A stretch of DNA of 64,000 nt, taken from contig CANQTX010000005.1 in NCBI GenBank assembly GCA_947626885.1, positions 7,429 to 71,428 on the forward strand, in the 5' to 3' direction. Within the stretch, counting starts at the first letter, position 1, and the number at the start of each line of letters is the position of its first letter. Below, piece by piece: positions 20,078 through 31,663 of the stretch. Source of the DNA: an uncultured Clostridia bacterium (lineage in GTDB: Bacteria > Bacillota > Clostridia > TANB77 > CAG-508). The notes below the pieces were generated by a model. It saw only the letters and a program-made list of their open reading frames with translations. It was not told the DNA's origin and made no database searches. The translations under genes and the position numbers were made by a program.

Positions 20078-23000
20078 TATTGATTCTCCTCTATTTCATT
20101 TGTATTGGTACTAACAGCAATTGTATCTCTGTCTTCTTTTACTTCCGTAGCGTTTGCATCCATTTCTCTTTCCTCTAACATTGGTATTTTTTCTTCCGTA
20201 TCTGCTTCTGAATTTTGTTCTGTACTAATTTTAATATCTTGATAACGTTTTAATCCAGTTCCTGTTGGAATTAATTTACCAATAATAACATTTTCTTTTA
20301 ATCCTATTAATTTATCTACTTTTCCTTTAATGGCTGCCTCTGTTAATACTTTTGTTGTTTCTTGGAATGATGCAGCTGAAAGGAAACTTTCTGTAGCAAG
20401 AGAAGCTTTTGTAATACCTAATAAAACTCTTTTATAAACTGCTGGTTTTTTTCCTTTTGCTATCATTTCTTCATTTTTACTATCTACTTCAAGAATATCT
20501 ACTAGTGATGCTGTATAGAATCCGGTATCTCCTGGATCTTCAATTCTTACTTTTTTAAGCATCTGCCTTGCAATCACTTCTATATGTTTATCATTAATAT
20601 CAACACCTTGATTTCTGTATACTTTTTGTACTTCAGAAATAATATATGTGTAAACACCTTCTGCACCTTTAATCACCAACAAATCTGCTGGATTAATAGA
20701 ACCTTCTGTTAATGGATCTCCTGCTTTGACTTCATCTCCGTTATTTACTTTTAATTTTGATCCAAAACTGATAGCATATGTTTTACTATTATCTTTACTA
20801 GTAACAATTACTTCTTTTCTTTTCTTTTCATCATTAATACTAACAATACCATCAATTTCCGTAATAACTGCTAAACCTTTTGGATTTCTAGCTTCAAATA
20901 ATTCTTCTACTCTAGGAAGACCTTGTGTAATATCACCTCCTGCAACACCTCCTGTATGGAAAGTTCTCATTGTAAGCTGTGTACCAGGTTCACCTATTGA
21001 TTGTGCTGCTATAATACCTACTGATTCACCTTCATTTACTACTTCTCTTGTTGCTAATCCCATACCATAACATTTACTACATGCACCATGTTTTGCTTTA
21101 CAACCTAAAATAGAACGTACTTTTACTTTTGTAATACCTGCTGCTACTATTTTCTTAGCCATTTGTTCATTAATCATTGTATTCGTATCTACTAATATTT
21201 CACCTGTAGTTGGATGTTGAATATCTTCTAATGGAAATCTTCCTATTAATCTTTCTTCTAATGGTTCAATAACTTGATTACCATCCTTGATATCTTCTAC
21301 TGTTATACCTTCTGTTGAACCGCAATCTTTTTCGCGAATGATAATATCTTGTGATACATCTACTAATCTTCTTGTTAAATAGCCAGAGTCTGCTGTTCTT
21401 AATGCTGTATCCGCAAGACCTTTTCTAGCACCATGGGCTGAAATAAAATATTCCAATGAATCAAGTCCTTCACGGAAGCATGATTTAATAGGTATTTCAA
21501 CAGCTTTACCAGAGGTATTAGCCATTAATCCACGCATACCAGCAATTTGTCTTAATTGGTTCATATTACCACGAGCTCCAGATTGTGCCATCATATAAAT
21601 TGGATTTAAATCGTCAAAGTTATTTTTCATTGCTTCTGTAACATCATTTGTTGCTTTTTCCCAAACTTTGATGATAGCATCATATCTTTCATCATTCGTT
21701 ATCATACCACGTTGATATTGTTTAAAAATATTAGAAACTTTCTCATCTGCATCAGCTAAAATTTGTTTTTTCTCATCTGGTACAGCAACATCCGTAACAG
21801 ACACCGTGATAGCACCCTTGGTTGAATATTTATAACCAATAGCTTTAATATAATCTAATACTTCTGCTGTTTTGGATAATCCATGAACATTAATACAATT
21901 TGCTACAATTTTTCCTAAATTCTTTTTAATAACTGGAAAATTAATTTCCAAATCAAATTCTTTTTCGGGATCTGTTCTATCAACAAAGCCTAAATCTTGT
22001 GGGATTCCTTGATTATAAATTAATCTACCTACTGTTGTCTCAATGGTTTTAAATTTTACTTCTCCCTCTATCTCTTTAAATCTTCTTACTTTAATTTTAC
22101 AATGCAATCCAACATCACCATTTTGATATGCCATCATAGCTTCGTCTTCATCTGAAAAATACATTCCTTCGCCTTTTTCACCATCAATCTGAACTGTTAG
22201 ATAGTAAGCACCAAGAATCATATCTTGTGTCGGTACAGTAACTGGTTTACCATCTTGTGGTTTTAAAAGGTTATTAACAGATAACATTAAAAATCTTGCT
22301 TCCGCAATTGCTTCCGGTGTTAATGGTACGTGTACAGCCATTTGGTCTCCATCAAAGTCTGCATTAAAAGCTGTACAAACTAATGGATGAAGTTTTATAG
22401 CTCTACCTTCTACTAATATTGGTTGAAATGCTTGAATACCTAATCTATGTAGTGTAGGTGCACGGTTTAACATAACTGGATGATCTTTAATAACTTCTTC
22501 TAGAATATCCCATACTTCCGGTCTTAATTTTTCTACCATTCTTTTAGCATTCTTAATATTATGGGCTAATCCTCTTCCCACTAATTCTTTCATAACAAAT
22601 GGCTTGAATAATTCAACAGCCATTTCTTTTGGAAGACCACATTGATATATTTTTAATTCTGGTCCCACAACAATAACAGAACGTCCAGAATAGTCTACTC
22701 TCTTTCCTAACAAGTTTTGACGAAATCTACCTTGCTTTCCTTTTAACATATCTGATAAAGATTTTAAAGGTCTATTTCCAGCACCTGTTACAGGTCTTCC
22801 TCTTCTACCATTATCAATTAAGGCATCTACAGACTCTTGTAACATACGTTTTTCATTTCTTACAATTATCTCTGGTGCACTTAATTCTAATAATCTTTTT
22901 AAACGGTTATTTCTATTAATAACTCTTCTATATAAATCATTTAAATCTGATGTAGCAAATCTACCACCATCTAATTGTACCATTGGTCGCAATTCTGGTG

Positions 23001-23754
23001 GAATAACAGGAATAACACTCATTACCATCCACTCTGGCTTATTACCAGATACTCTAAATGATTCTACTGTATCTAATCTTTTGATAATTTTTGCCTTTTT
23101 TTGTTCGCTTGCCTTTGCTAATTCTTTTTTTAGTTTCTCAGATAATTTTTCAATATCTATTTCTGCTAGCAGCTTTCTGATGGCTTCTGCACCCATTTCA
23201 GCTTTAAAAGAACCTCTTCCATATTTCTCTTCTGCTTCATGATATTCCTTTTCATTTAACACTTGGCACTTTAATAAGCCAGATGTTCCTTTATCCGTAA
23301 CAATATAAGAGGCAAAGTAAATCACTTTTTCTAAACTTCTAGGAGATATATCTAATAATAATGCCACTCTACTTGGAATACCTTTAAAATACCAAATATG
23401 TGCAATAGGAGCAGCAAGCTCTATATGTCCCATTCTTTCTCTTCTTACCTTAGATGTTGTTACTTCAACACCACATCTGTCACATACAATCCCTTTATAT
23501 CTTACTCTTTTATACTTACCACAATGACATTCCCAATCTTTTGTTGGGCCAAATATTTTTTCACAGAATAACCCATCTTTTTCTGGTTTTAAAGTTCTAT
23601 AATTAATCGTTTCTGGTTTTTTTACCTCACCATGAGACCATTCTCTTATTTTCTCATCTGAAGCCAATCCAATTTTTAACTTATTAAAAACTTCTAATTC
23701 TTCCACTTTTAAAGTAGCCCCCTTTTTAGAAAACTTTCTGTCAATTTTCTTCAT
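20077..23754 (-). CDS. rpoC: DNA-directed RNA polymerase subunit beta'
   Basis: 1,225 aa. Zn-finger [23 protein letters not shown], catalytic NADFDGD, and trigger-loop and bridge-helix regions. Confidence 0.98.
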
Positions 23755-23918
23755 AATGCCATACTCTTATGCATTATCTCAAGAATGTTTATTTTGTCAC
23801 TTGTTAATATACTTTAAAAACACTGCTGTACAACTTTTTATGAAATTAAATGATTTTCACAAGTAACCTATTCAATTAAATATTCCTTCAAGTTTTTATA
23901 ACACTTGAAATTTGATTT

Positions 23919-26900
23919 TTATTCTTTATCCTCTTTTTCTAACGCATCCATCTCTTCGAATATTTTATCATCTGGCAATTCTTCTTCATCTAAAATATTC
24001 GTAAAGAATTCATCTTCATCATTTTCTTCTTCAGAATCCTCTGTTAATGTTTCTTCTGGCACAGTATTTAAGTTTTCTTCTTCTAATTCTGTTTCATCAA
24101 TTCGTTCTTCAATACCATCTAATCCTTCTTCAACATGTTCTTTGATTTCAATTTCTTCATCTGATTCACTATATAACTTAATGTCCAATCCTAGAGATTG
24201 AAGTTCCTTAATTAAAACTTTAAAAGATTCTGGTATACCCGGCTCAGGAATATTTTCACCTTTAACAATTGCTTCATATGTTTTCACTCTACCAATTACA
24301 TCATCTGATTTTACAGTTAAAATTTCTTGTAAAGTATAAGCAGCACCATATGCTTCTAATGCCCAAACTTCCATTTCTCCAAATCTTTGTCCACCAAATT
24401 GTGCCTTACCACCAAGTGGCTGCTGTGTTACCAATGAATATGGTCCCGTTGAACGTGCATGAATTTTATCATCAACCAAATGATGCAGTTTTAACATATA
24501 CATTACACCAACTGTAATAGGATGATCAAATGGTTCACCCGTTCTACCATCATAAAGAATTGTTTTACCACTTGTTTCTAATCCAGCCATTTCCAGCATA
24601 TCTTCAATATCTTGTTCTGTAGCACCATCAAATACAGGTGTAGCCATTTTCCATCCTAGCAATCTAGCTGCTGCTCCTAAATGTACCTCAAGCACCTGTC
24701 CTAAGTTCATACGTGAAGGTACACCAAGTGGATTTAATACTACATCTACAGGTGTTCCATCTGGCATAAATGGCATATCTTCTTCTGGTAATATTCTAGA
24801 AATAACACCTTTATTTCCGTGACGTCCAGCCATTTTATCTCCAACAGAAATTTTTCTTTTCTGCGCAATATAAATTCTTATAACCTGGTTTACGCCTGGT
24901 GCTAATTCATCAGAATTTTCTCTTGTAAATACTTTAACATCTACAACTGTTCCCGCTTCACCATGTGGTACTCTTAAAGAGGTATCTCTAACCTCTCTTG
25001 CCTTCTCACCAAAAATTGCTCTTAACAATCTTTCTTCTGCAGATAATTCTGTCTCTCCTTTTGGTGTAACTTTACCAACTAGTATATCGCCTGGTCTTAC
25101 TTCCGCACCAATTCGAATAATTCCATTATCATCAAGATCTCTTAAAGAATCTTCTCCAACATTTGGAATATCTCTTGTAATTTCTTCTGGTCCTAATTTG
25201 GTATCACGGCACTCACAGTCATAATCTTCTATATGCAATGAAGTTAATACATCTTCTTTTACTAATCTTTCATTTAACAAAATAGCATCCTCATAATTAT
25301 ATCCTTCCCATGTTGTAAAAGCAATCAACAAGTTTTTGCCTAATGCTAATTCGCCCTTATCTGTAGCAGGACCATCAGCAATAACTTCTCCACGTTTTAT
25401 AACTTCTCCTTCTTTTACAATTGGTCTTTGATTAATACAAGTACTTCCATTTGTTCTCTTAAATTTTCTTAATGTATAAGTTTTCTTTTCTCCTAATTCA
25501 TTTACTATAACAATTTCATCACCTGTTACAGTTTCTACTGTACCATTTTCTTCTGCTATTACCATAACACCTGAGTCTTTAGCAGCCTTGTATTCAATTC
25601 CTGTACCAACCATAGGCGAATCTGTAATCATTAATGGCACTGCCTGACGCTGCATGTTCGCTCCCATAAGTGCACGGTTAGCATCATCATGCTCTAAGAA
25701 TGGAATCATAGCAGCACCAACAGATACTAATTGCTTTGGAGAAATATCAATATAATCAACTTTTTCTCTTTCAATTTCTTTAATTTCAGCCCTATCTCTT
25801 ACTCTAACTCTCTTATTTACTAAACAGTTATCTTTATCTAGTGGTTCTGATGCTTGACAAATAATATATTGGTCTTCTTCATCAGCTGTCATATATTCTA
25901 CTTCATCCGTTACTTGCCCTTTTTCTTTATTCATTTTTCTATATGGTGTTTCAATAAAACCATACTCGTTAATAATAGCAAATGTTGAAAGGGCAGATAT
26001 TAATCCAATATTTGGTCCTTCTGGAGACTCAATTGGACACAATCTTCCATAGTGTGTATAGTGAATATCACGAACCTCAAATCCTGCTCTTTCTCTTGAT
26101 AGACCACCTGGTCCTAAAGCAGAAATTCTTCTTTTATGTGTTAACTCTGATAATGGATTCGTTTGATCCATAAATTGTGAAAGCTGAGAACTTCCAAAAA
26201 ATTCTCTAATAGATGATGTAATTGGTTTCGTATTAATTAATGTTTGTGGTGTTACAATATCTAAGTCTTGAATTGTCATTCTTTCACGAACCACTCTTTC
26301 TAGTCTTGTTAAACCAATTCTGAATTGATTTTGTAATAACTCACCAACACATCTAATACGCCTGTTTCCTAAGTGATCTATATCGTCTGTATATCCTAGT
26401 TTTGGTTTTGCTGGATCAGTTATATACGTATTGTATTCTAGGTTCAATAGATAGTTGACAGAAGCTAAAATATCTTCCGTTATTATGTGTTTCGGAATTA
26501 ATTCTTCCATTCTCTCATCAATAACTTTTTTAAGTTCTTTCTCATTTTTTGTTGTTTCTAATATGTTTTGTAATACAGCATAATTAACATCCATTTTAAT
26601 TTTTAATTCATCTGCAATTTTAGGATTTATATATGCTCTAATATCTACTGTTCCATTACCAATGACTTTTGTCTTTTTATCTTCTATTTTTACATAAACT
26701 GTATTAATTCCCGCATTTTGAATTTCTCTTGCTTTTTCTTTAGAAATAATTTCATTTTTTTCTACTAAAACCTCTCCTGTTTCAGGATTTACAATTGTAT
26801 CAGCAGAAATATGATTCATAATTCTTGATGATAAACTTAATTTTTTATTATATTTATATCTACCAACTTTTGATAAATCATATCTTCGATTATCAAAGAA

Positions 26901-27683
26901 TAATCCATCAAATAGATTTCTAGCAGCATCTACTGTTGGAAGTTCTCCTGGTCTTAATTTTTTATAGATTTCAACAATTGCTTCATCTGCCGTTTTAACA
27001 GGATCTTTTGCAATTGTTGCTAAAATCTTATCTTCTTCTCCGAAAAATTCAATTATTTTCTCATCTGTATCTAATCCTATAGCTCTTAATAATGATGTTA
27101 CTGGCAATTTTCTCGTTCTATCAATTCTTACCCAAAAAACATCATTGCTATCTGTCTCATACTCAATCCATGCCCCTCTAATAGGCATAACCGTAGCACT
27201 ATATAGTCTCTTTCCTGTTTTATCATAAGATGAATCATAATAACATCCTGGTGAACGCACTAATTGGCTAACAACAACTCTTTCTGCACCATTAATAACA
27301 AATGTACCACTTTCTGTCATTAATGGAAAATCTCCTAGATAAATTTCCTGTTCTTTAATTTCTCCTGTTTCACGATTGATTAATCGTACTTTTACATGTA
27401 GTCTTGTAGAATATGTTGCATCTCTTTCTTTTGCTTCTTCTAATGTATATTTGGTTTTTTCTTCCATGTAATAATCAAAGAATTCTAATACAAGATTTCC
27501 CGTATAATCAATAATAGGCGAAATATCTTTTAATACTTCCCCTAATCCCTCTTTGATAAACCAATCGTATGAATCTTTTTGCACTTTTAAAAGATTAGGA
27601 ATCTCAACGAAATCACCAATCTTTGAAAAAGTTTTACGTACGCATTTTTCATGTTTGATGTCTTTTACTTTAACTTTTCCCAA
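23919..27683 (-). CDS. rpoB: DNA-directed RNA polymerase subunit beta (TTG start; acidic C-terminal tail of about 90 aa)
   Basis: 1,254 aa with rif-cluster region [34 protein letters not shown] and [10 protein letters not shown]. The TTG at 27683 is preceded by AAGGTGG. Confidence 0.98.
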   Translation of the reverse strand: MGKVKVKDIKHEKCVRKTFSKIGDFVEIPNLLKVQKDSYDWFIKEGLGEVLKDISPIIDYTGNLVLEFFDYYMEEKTKYTLEEAKERDATYSTRLHVKVRLINRETGEIKEQEIYLGDFPLMTESGTFVINGAERVVVSQLVRSPGCYYDSSYDKTGKRLYSATVMPIRGAWIEYETDSNDVFWVRIDRTRKLPVTSLLRAIGLDTDEKIIEFFGEEDKILATIAKDPVKTADEAIVEIYKKLRPGELPTVDAARNLFDGLFFDNRRYDLSKVGRYKYNKKLSLSSRIMNHISADTIVNPETGEVLVEKNEIISKEKAREIQNAGINTVYVKIEDKKTKVIGNGTVDIRAYINPKIADELKIKMDVNYAVLQNILETTKNEKELKKVIDERMEELIPKHIITEDILASVNYLLNLEYNTYITDPAKPKLGYTDDIDHLGNRRIRCVGELLQNQFRIGLTRLERVVRERMTIQDLDIVTPQTLINTKPITSSIREFFGSSQLSQFMDQTNPLSELTHKRRISALGPGGLSRERAGFEVRDIHYTHYGRLCPIESPEGPNIGLISALSTFAIINEYGFIETPYRKMNKEKGQVTDEVEYMTADEEDQYIICQASEPLDKDNCLVNKRVRVRDRAEIKEIEREKVDYIDISPKQLVSVGAAMIPFLEHDDANRALMGANMQRQAVPLMITDSPMVGTGIEYKAAKDSGVMVIAEENGTVETVTGDEIVIVNELGEKKTYTLRKFKRTNGSTCINQRPIVKEGEVIKRGEVIADGPATDKGELALGKNLLIAFTTWEGYNYEDAILLNERLVKEDVLTSLHIEDYDCECRDTKLGPEEITRDIPNVGEDSLRDLDDNGIIRIGAEVRPGDILVGKVTPKGETELSAEERLLRAIFGEKAREVRDTSLRVPHGEAGTVVDVKVFTRENSDELAPGVNQVIRIYIAQKRKISVGDKMAGRHGNKGVISRILPEEDMPFMPDGTPVDVVLNPLGVPSRMNLGQVLEVHLGAAARLLGWKMATPVFDGATEQDIEDMLEMAGLETSGKTILYDGRTGEPFDHPITVGVMYMLKLHHLVDDKIHARSTGPYSLVTQQPLGGKAQFGGQRFGEMEVWALEAYGAAYTLQEILTVKSDDVIGRVKTYEAIVKGENIPEPGIPESFKVLIKELQSLGLDIKLYSESDEEIEIKEHVEEGLDGIEERIDETELEEENLNTVPEETLTEDSEEENDEDEFFTNILDEEELPDDKIFEEMDALEKEDKE

Positions 27684-27867
27684 AATAATACCACCTTTTC
27701 TTTAAATTTAGCAGGTGTATGTATAAACTCTCCTAATTTCAAGTCCCTCTTACATAAAAGGTTGTTGCTTTTAAAGTTTTATCCCTGCCAAAAAATAATC
27801 ATTTAAAAGTAGTTCCTCTTCTATGTAATTCCTCTTGAAATAGTTGCTCGCATAAAATTACTAAAAT

Positions 27868-27897
27868 ATTATATACCATCTATTGCATATTAGTCAA
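27868..27897 (-). promoter_or_regulatory. Putative sigma-A promoter for rpoBC
   Basis: Sense strand reads TTGACT (27897-27892), an 18-nt spacer, then TATAAT (27873-27868). This leaves a leader of about 180 nt. Confidence 0.5.
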
Positions 27898-28020
27898 GCT
27901 CTTTTTTCGTTTTTTCTTACGGAAATCGGATTTTCCTTTGTAATATTTTCTACAAATAAGAAAGAAACATATTGACAAATCTCATTTGAGAGTTTATCAA
28001 TATGCTTCTTTTTACACTTA

Positions 28021-28362
28021 TCAGTTCAATTTTTCCAACGTTGAAACGACGGACCCCTTTTCATTTTTTAACCTTTTTATTCCTCTCAGGAAGAGTTTCA
28101 TCTTCATTTCACAAGAGTGAATCTGCTTCTGCTTTTCTTTTAATTGTTCAGAAAGCATTAACACTTTTTGCGTTAACCCAAGCAAAGCAAAGAAAGCCAG
28201 TTTTATCATCAATAACTGTTTTTTAATCCAGCTACTATTTCTTTTTTTTCTAGCCTTTTTGTAACTTCTTTTTTCCTCACTTTCTCTAAGAGTAATTTTT
28301 TTTATCTCCTCCTTCAAAGAGTTTCTTAAGGCCTCTATAAAATTTGTTCTCGTTATTATCAT
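28021..28362 (-). CDS. Hypothetical small bitopic protein: basic N-terminus, central TM helix, coiled-coil C-terminus. The layout resembles DivIC/FtsB but this is unproven.
   Basis: 113-aa ORF with a strong RBS (AAGGAGGG, 6 nt, ATG). TM segment LLMIKLAFFALLGLTQKVLML is followed by the heptad-like SEQLKEKQKQ... I recognise no family motif. Confidence 0.4.
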   Translation of the reverse strand: MIITRTNFIEALRNSLKEEIKKITLRESEEKRSYKKARKKRNSSWIKKQLLMIKLAFFALLGLTQKVLMLSEQLKEKQKQIHSCEMKMKLFLRGIKRLKNEKGSVVSTLEKLN

Positions 28363-28539
28363 GTCAATCCCTCCTTATGCATGTAAACTGATATAACGAC
28401 TCTTCTAATAAATTGAATGACATTATTTTAACATATTGTTTGTATTATGTCAATCACGACTTTTTGTATCCTTTTTACGAAACGTATTGCTTTTTTTTAA
28501 AAAATATTTTATAGTATATAAGTAGAGAGGTTACTAAAT

Positions 28540-29139
28540 ATGAAACAATCCCTTTTTCGTTGGCATAAACAATTAAATATCAAAAAAGTTATCTTTGTAG
28601 TATGTATTATTTTCTTATTGCTCATAGCTATTATTGGGTTTGTTGGAAAAACAATAGAAGAAACAAAAAAACAGGCAGTGGCAGAAGCTAATCCTAATAC
28701 TGTTTTTTATGATGCCAATAAACAGATTAGCATTGAATTATCTAAGAAATATGCATTAACGCAATACACACCTACAAAAGATTATTTATTAGAAGTAAGA
28801 TCTAATAAAAATTTAGATATTTTTATTTCACAAAAAGATATTCTTGAAAATAGGAATTTGCAAGATGTCGTATCTGCTGACAAGATTACTTTTACAGAAA
28901 CATTTCCAAGTATCTCTAATTTATCAGAATTGAAAGAATTGAATGTTAATGGTAATTTAGCATATACTTATAGCTTTCACTATTTAGATTCTCAATTAAA
29001 TACTGCTTTTTTTATTCAAATTGTTTGGTTACAAATTGATAACCACTATTATATATTTGATATAGAATTTCCTTTAGACGACTTATCTTTATACACCAAT
29101 ATTATTACAGAAACCTTAGCTTATTTTCAGTCTTACTAA
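28540..29139 (+). CDS. Hypothetical membrane-anchored protein
   Basis: 199-aa ORF with RBS AGAGAGG upstream and an N-terminal TM helix (VIFVVCIIFLLLIAIIGFVG). No recognisable domain. It is one of only three + strand genes in the window. Confidence 0.55.
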   Translation: MKQSLFRWHKQLNIKKVIFVVCIIFLLLIAIIGFVGKTIEETKKQAVAEANPNTVFYDANKQISIELSKKYALTQYTPTKDYLLEVRSNKNLDIFISQKDILENRNLQDVVSADKITFTETFPSISNLSELKELNVNGNLAYTYSFHYLDSQLNTAFFIQIVWLQIDNHYYIFDIEFPLDDLSLYTNIITETLAYFQSY

Positions 29140-30263
29140 TTTATTCTATTTCGACTTTCTACAAAATCTCCTATAAGAATTTTTATAAGTGCCATAACGG
29201 GTACACCTAAAAACATACCTAATACACCAAAATAAGCGCCTCCAATCGTTACAGAAAAGATAATTAAAATAGGACTTAGTTCTAAAGATGTTCCTAATAT
29301 TTTAGGGTTAATAATATTGGCATCAACTTGTTGTAGAATAATAACTACAATTGCTAACCAAATCGCTTGTGCAAATCCTCCTGTAAAAATTGTAATAATA
29401 ACCGAAATAAGTACCGCTACAATTGCTCCAAAGTATGGTATAATATTAAATAAGCCTATTAAAAATCCTAATAATATTGCATATTTTACTTTCATAAGAG
29501 ACATGGCAATTGCTGTGATAATACCAACTATAAAAGCATCAATAATTTGACTCGTTACAAAGCTATAAAAGATTTTATTCGTTCGGTTATAATATTTTGC
29601 CAATGTCTCATTTGATTTCTTATTAAAAACAGCCTGTGAAAAATTTTTAATAAAATTTTTTATGTCACTTCTTTCTAATAAGAGATAAATAGAAACAATG
29701 AGTGTTACAAAAGCATCAAAAATAATGCCTGTTGCTCCCATAATTCCTTTTAAGTACTGGTTAATATTCTCAAAGCTAAACCAATGAATCATTTCTTCTG
29801 TTAAATTAATTTCTTCTAAATTTTTAACAATACTTGCTAAATTTAATTTATGGATAAGCGAATCTTCTGGTACTTTTTCTAAAAAATCTATAGCACTGAT
29901 ATAATAATTCGGTAAATTATTGGCAAGATCTGTTATACTATTTGATATGGCAGGAATAATAAAATTAATAATGATAAAAAGGATAATACAAATGATGAAA
30001 TATATAGCAAAAACACTAAGCCCTCTTGCATGTTTTTGTAATAATTTTATTTTTGATCGACAAAATGTTTCTTCTATACCCTTGGCAGGAATATATAACA
30101 TATAGGCAATAATGATTGCCAAAATAAATGGCATTAATAACTCTAATAAATTTCCTATTTCCATAAAAATAGCATATACACTATCTATGGTTTTATAAAC
30201 AACAATTGCTGCTACTGCAAAAGTAAACCAAAAAAACCATTTTTTCCAATCACTTTGTTTCAT
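29136..30263 (-). CDS. AI-2E family transporter (UPF0118 / PerM-YtvI-like permease)
   Basis: 375 aa, about 8 TM helices. Contains the family block GLFNIIPYFGAIVAVLISVIITIF...QQVDANIINPKILG. Confidence 0.8.
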   Translation of the reverse strand: MKQSDWKKWFFWFTFAVAAIVVYKTIDSVYAIFMEIGNLLELLMPFILAIIIAYMLYIPAKGIEETFCRSKIKLLQKHARGLSVFAIYFIICIILFIIINFIIPAISNSITDLANNLPNYYISAIDFLEKVPEDSLIHKLNLASIVKNLEEINLTEEMIHWFSFENINQYLKGIMGATGIIFDAFVTLIVSIYLLLERSDIKNFIKNFSQAVFNKKSNETLAKYYNRTNKIFYSFVTSQIIDAFIVGIITAIAMSLMKVKYAILLGFLIGLFNIIPYFGAIVAVLISVIITIFTGGFAQAIWLAIVVIILQQVDANIINPKILGTSLELSPILIIFSVTIGGAYFGVLGMFLGVPVMALIKILIGDFVESRNRIN

Positions 30264-30396
30264 ATTATTCTCCTATTTTTCTCATTCTTTTATATTTTCT
30301 TCATTTATAGTATTATATCTATATATTCCTTAAAAATCAAGATTTTTATGCTAAATTTAGCATCTTTTCAATTTATATCACATATTATGTCTTCCA

Positions 30397-30768
30397 TTAC
30401 CAAAAAACATTTTTAATGTGATGAATAAAAACTTCCTTTTCTTTTACATATACTTCTACAACATCGAAACGAATATTTTTATGCGCTAATGCATGTTGAT
30501 AGATGTAATACTTGCTAGCATTCCATATATGTTTTTGTTTATATTTATCTACTGCTTCTGCAGGGGTTCCGTATTGATAAGACATTCTTGTTTTTACTTC
30601 TATAAAAACATATTCTTTTCCATCAATTGCAATCATATCTATTTCTCCCTGCATACAAGTAAAATTTTTTGCTATAATATGATATTGCTTTTGCTTTAAA
30701 TATTTTTCTACTTCTTTTTCACCAAATTTTCCTAGTTCTTGTTTATAACGACTTATATTTCTTTTAAT
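30397..30768 (-). CDS. yraN: YraN family (UPF0102) endonuclease-like protein, probably starting at an ATT codon
   Basis: The ORF track gives only 85 aa from an internal Met. The frame stays open upstream and encodes the family N-terminus (KRNISRYKQELGKFGEKEVEKYLKQKQYHIIAKNFTCMQGEIDMIA...FIEVKTR). There is no in-frame ATG, GTG or TTG upstream. The ATT at 30768-30766 lies 9 nt after GGAGG (30782-30778). Confidence 0.7.
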   Translation of the reverse strand: MKRNISRYKQELGKFGEKEVEKYLKQKQYHIIAKNFTCMQGEIDMIAIDGKEYVFIEVKTRMSYQYGTPAEAVDKYKQKHIWNASKYYIYQHALAHKNIRFDVVEVYVKEKEVFIHHIKNVFW

Positions 30769-31638
30769 TGATATTTTCCTCCTATAGCTTGAAAAATGAT
30801 TCCTTCTATTTCCATCTCTGTTAGCAATGGAAAAATTTCATTTACATCTTTATGGATGCTATTTACCAATTCATCTATGGATAATGGGGTCTTTTTTAAG
30901 TATTGATAAATTTGCTGAAACTCTTTACGAATATTGTTTTCCTTATTTACTGTAACAAAATTACTTTTCCTCACTTTATTCTGAAATTGTGGATAATGTA
31001 CTAAAATATCTTGAATTTGTGTCGTTAAAATGGCACCTTCTTTTATCATGGTATTAACCCCTATTCCATGACAATCATCTAATCTACCTGGCAAAGCAAA
31101 TACCTTTTTCCCCTGTTCTTTAGCATATTTTACAGTAATGCTAGTTCCACTTCTATACGCTGCTTCTATTACTAAAATTCCTTCTGATAAAGCACTAATG
31201 ATTCGATTTCTAACAGGAAAATTTTTACTGAGTGGTTTCATATTGGCTTCATATTCGGTTATAACAAGTCCCTTATGAAGAATAATATTCTCCCATAATG
31301 TTTCATTTTCTTTGGGAAATACATGCTGAAAACCACTTCCTAATATTGCTATTGTTTCTCCTTGATATTGTAGTGTCGTTTCATGTGCTATGGTATCTGT
31401 ACCAATTGCCATTCCGACTTATAATAGGAATATCTCTAAGAACAAATTCCTTGGTAAAATACTGACAATTCTTTTTACCATATGCAGTAATTTTTCGAGT
31501 ACCCACAATTCCAAAAGATTTTTTAAATAATAAATTAATATTTCCTATAAAATAAATTTGCTTTGGACTATTTTTTATGGTATATAATTTTTCAGGATAG
31601 TCCTTTCTTTCTAATTTTTGAATTGTATATGACAACAT
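30753..31638 (-). CDS. dprA: DNA-processing protein DprA/Smf, broken by a +1 frame change at CGG 31414-31416 (recoding site or pseudogene)
   Basis: ORFs 31381-31638 (IVGTRKITAYGKKN...DIPIIS-RNGNW..*) and 30753-31412 (MAIGTDTIAHE...ILGSGF...PVRNRIISALS...YRSGTSIT) are the two halves of a single DprA. Skipping the C of agt-CGG-A gives IISGMAIGTDTIAHE, the family SG.A.GID..AH motif. Joined length is 294 aa. Confidence 0.85.
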
Positions 31639-31663
31639 TGTCCTTGCTCCTTTTTTACATTTA

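Noticed and set aside
23922-24200. A long acidic C-terminal tail on RpoB (about 90 aa, Glu/Asp-rich) and an acidic tail on RpoC.
   Set aside because: Acidic extensions of the beta and beta' subunits occur in various low-GC Firmicutes. Nothing in the sequence alone marks this as more than lineage-specific decoration.
28002-28226. A 74-aa + strand ORF overlapping the 113-aa minus-strand ORF.
   Set aside because: It has no RBS. The minus-strand partner has AAGGAGGG, 6 nt, then ATG, so the minus-strand ORF is preferred, though it is itself only moderately supported.
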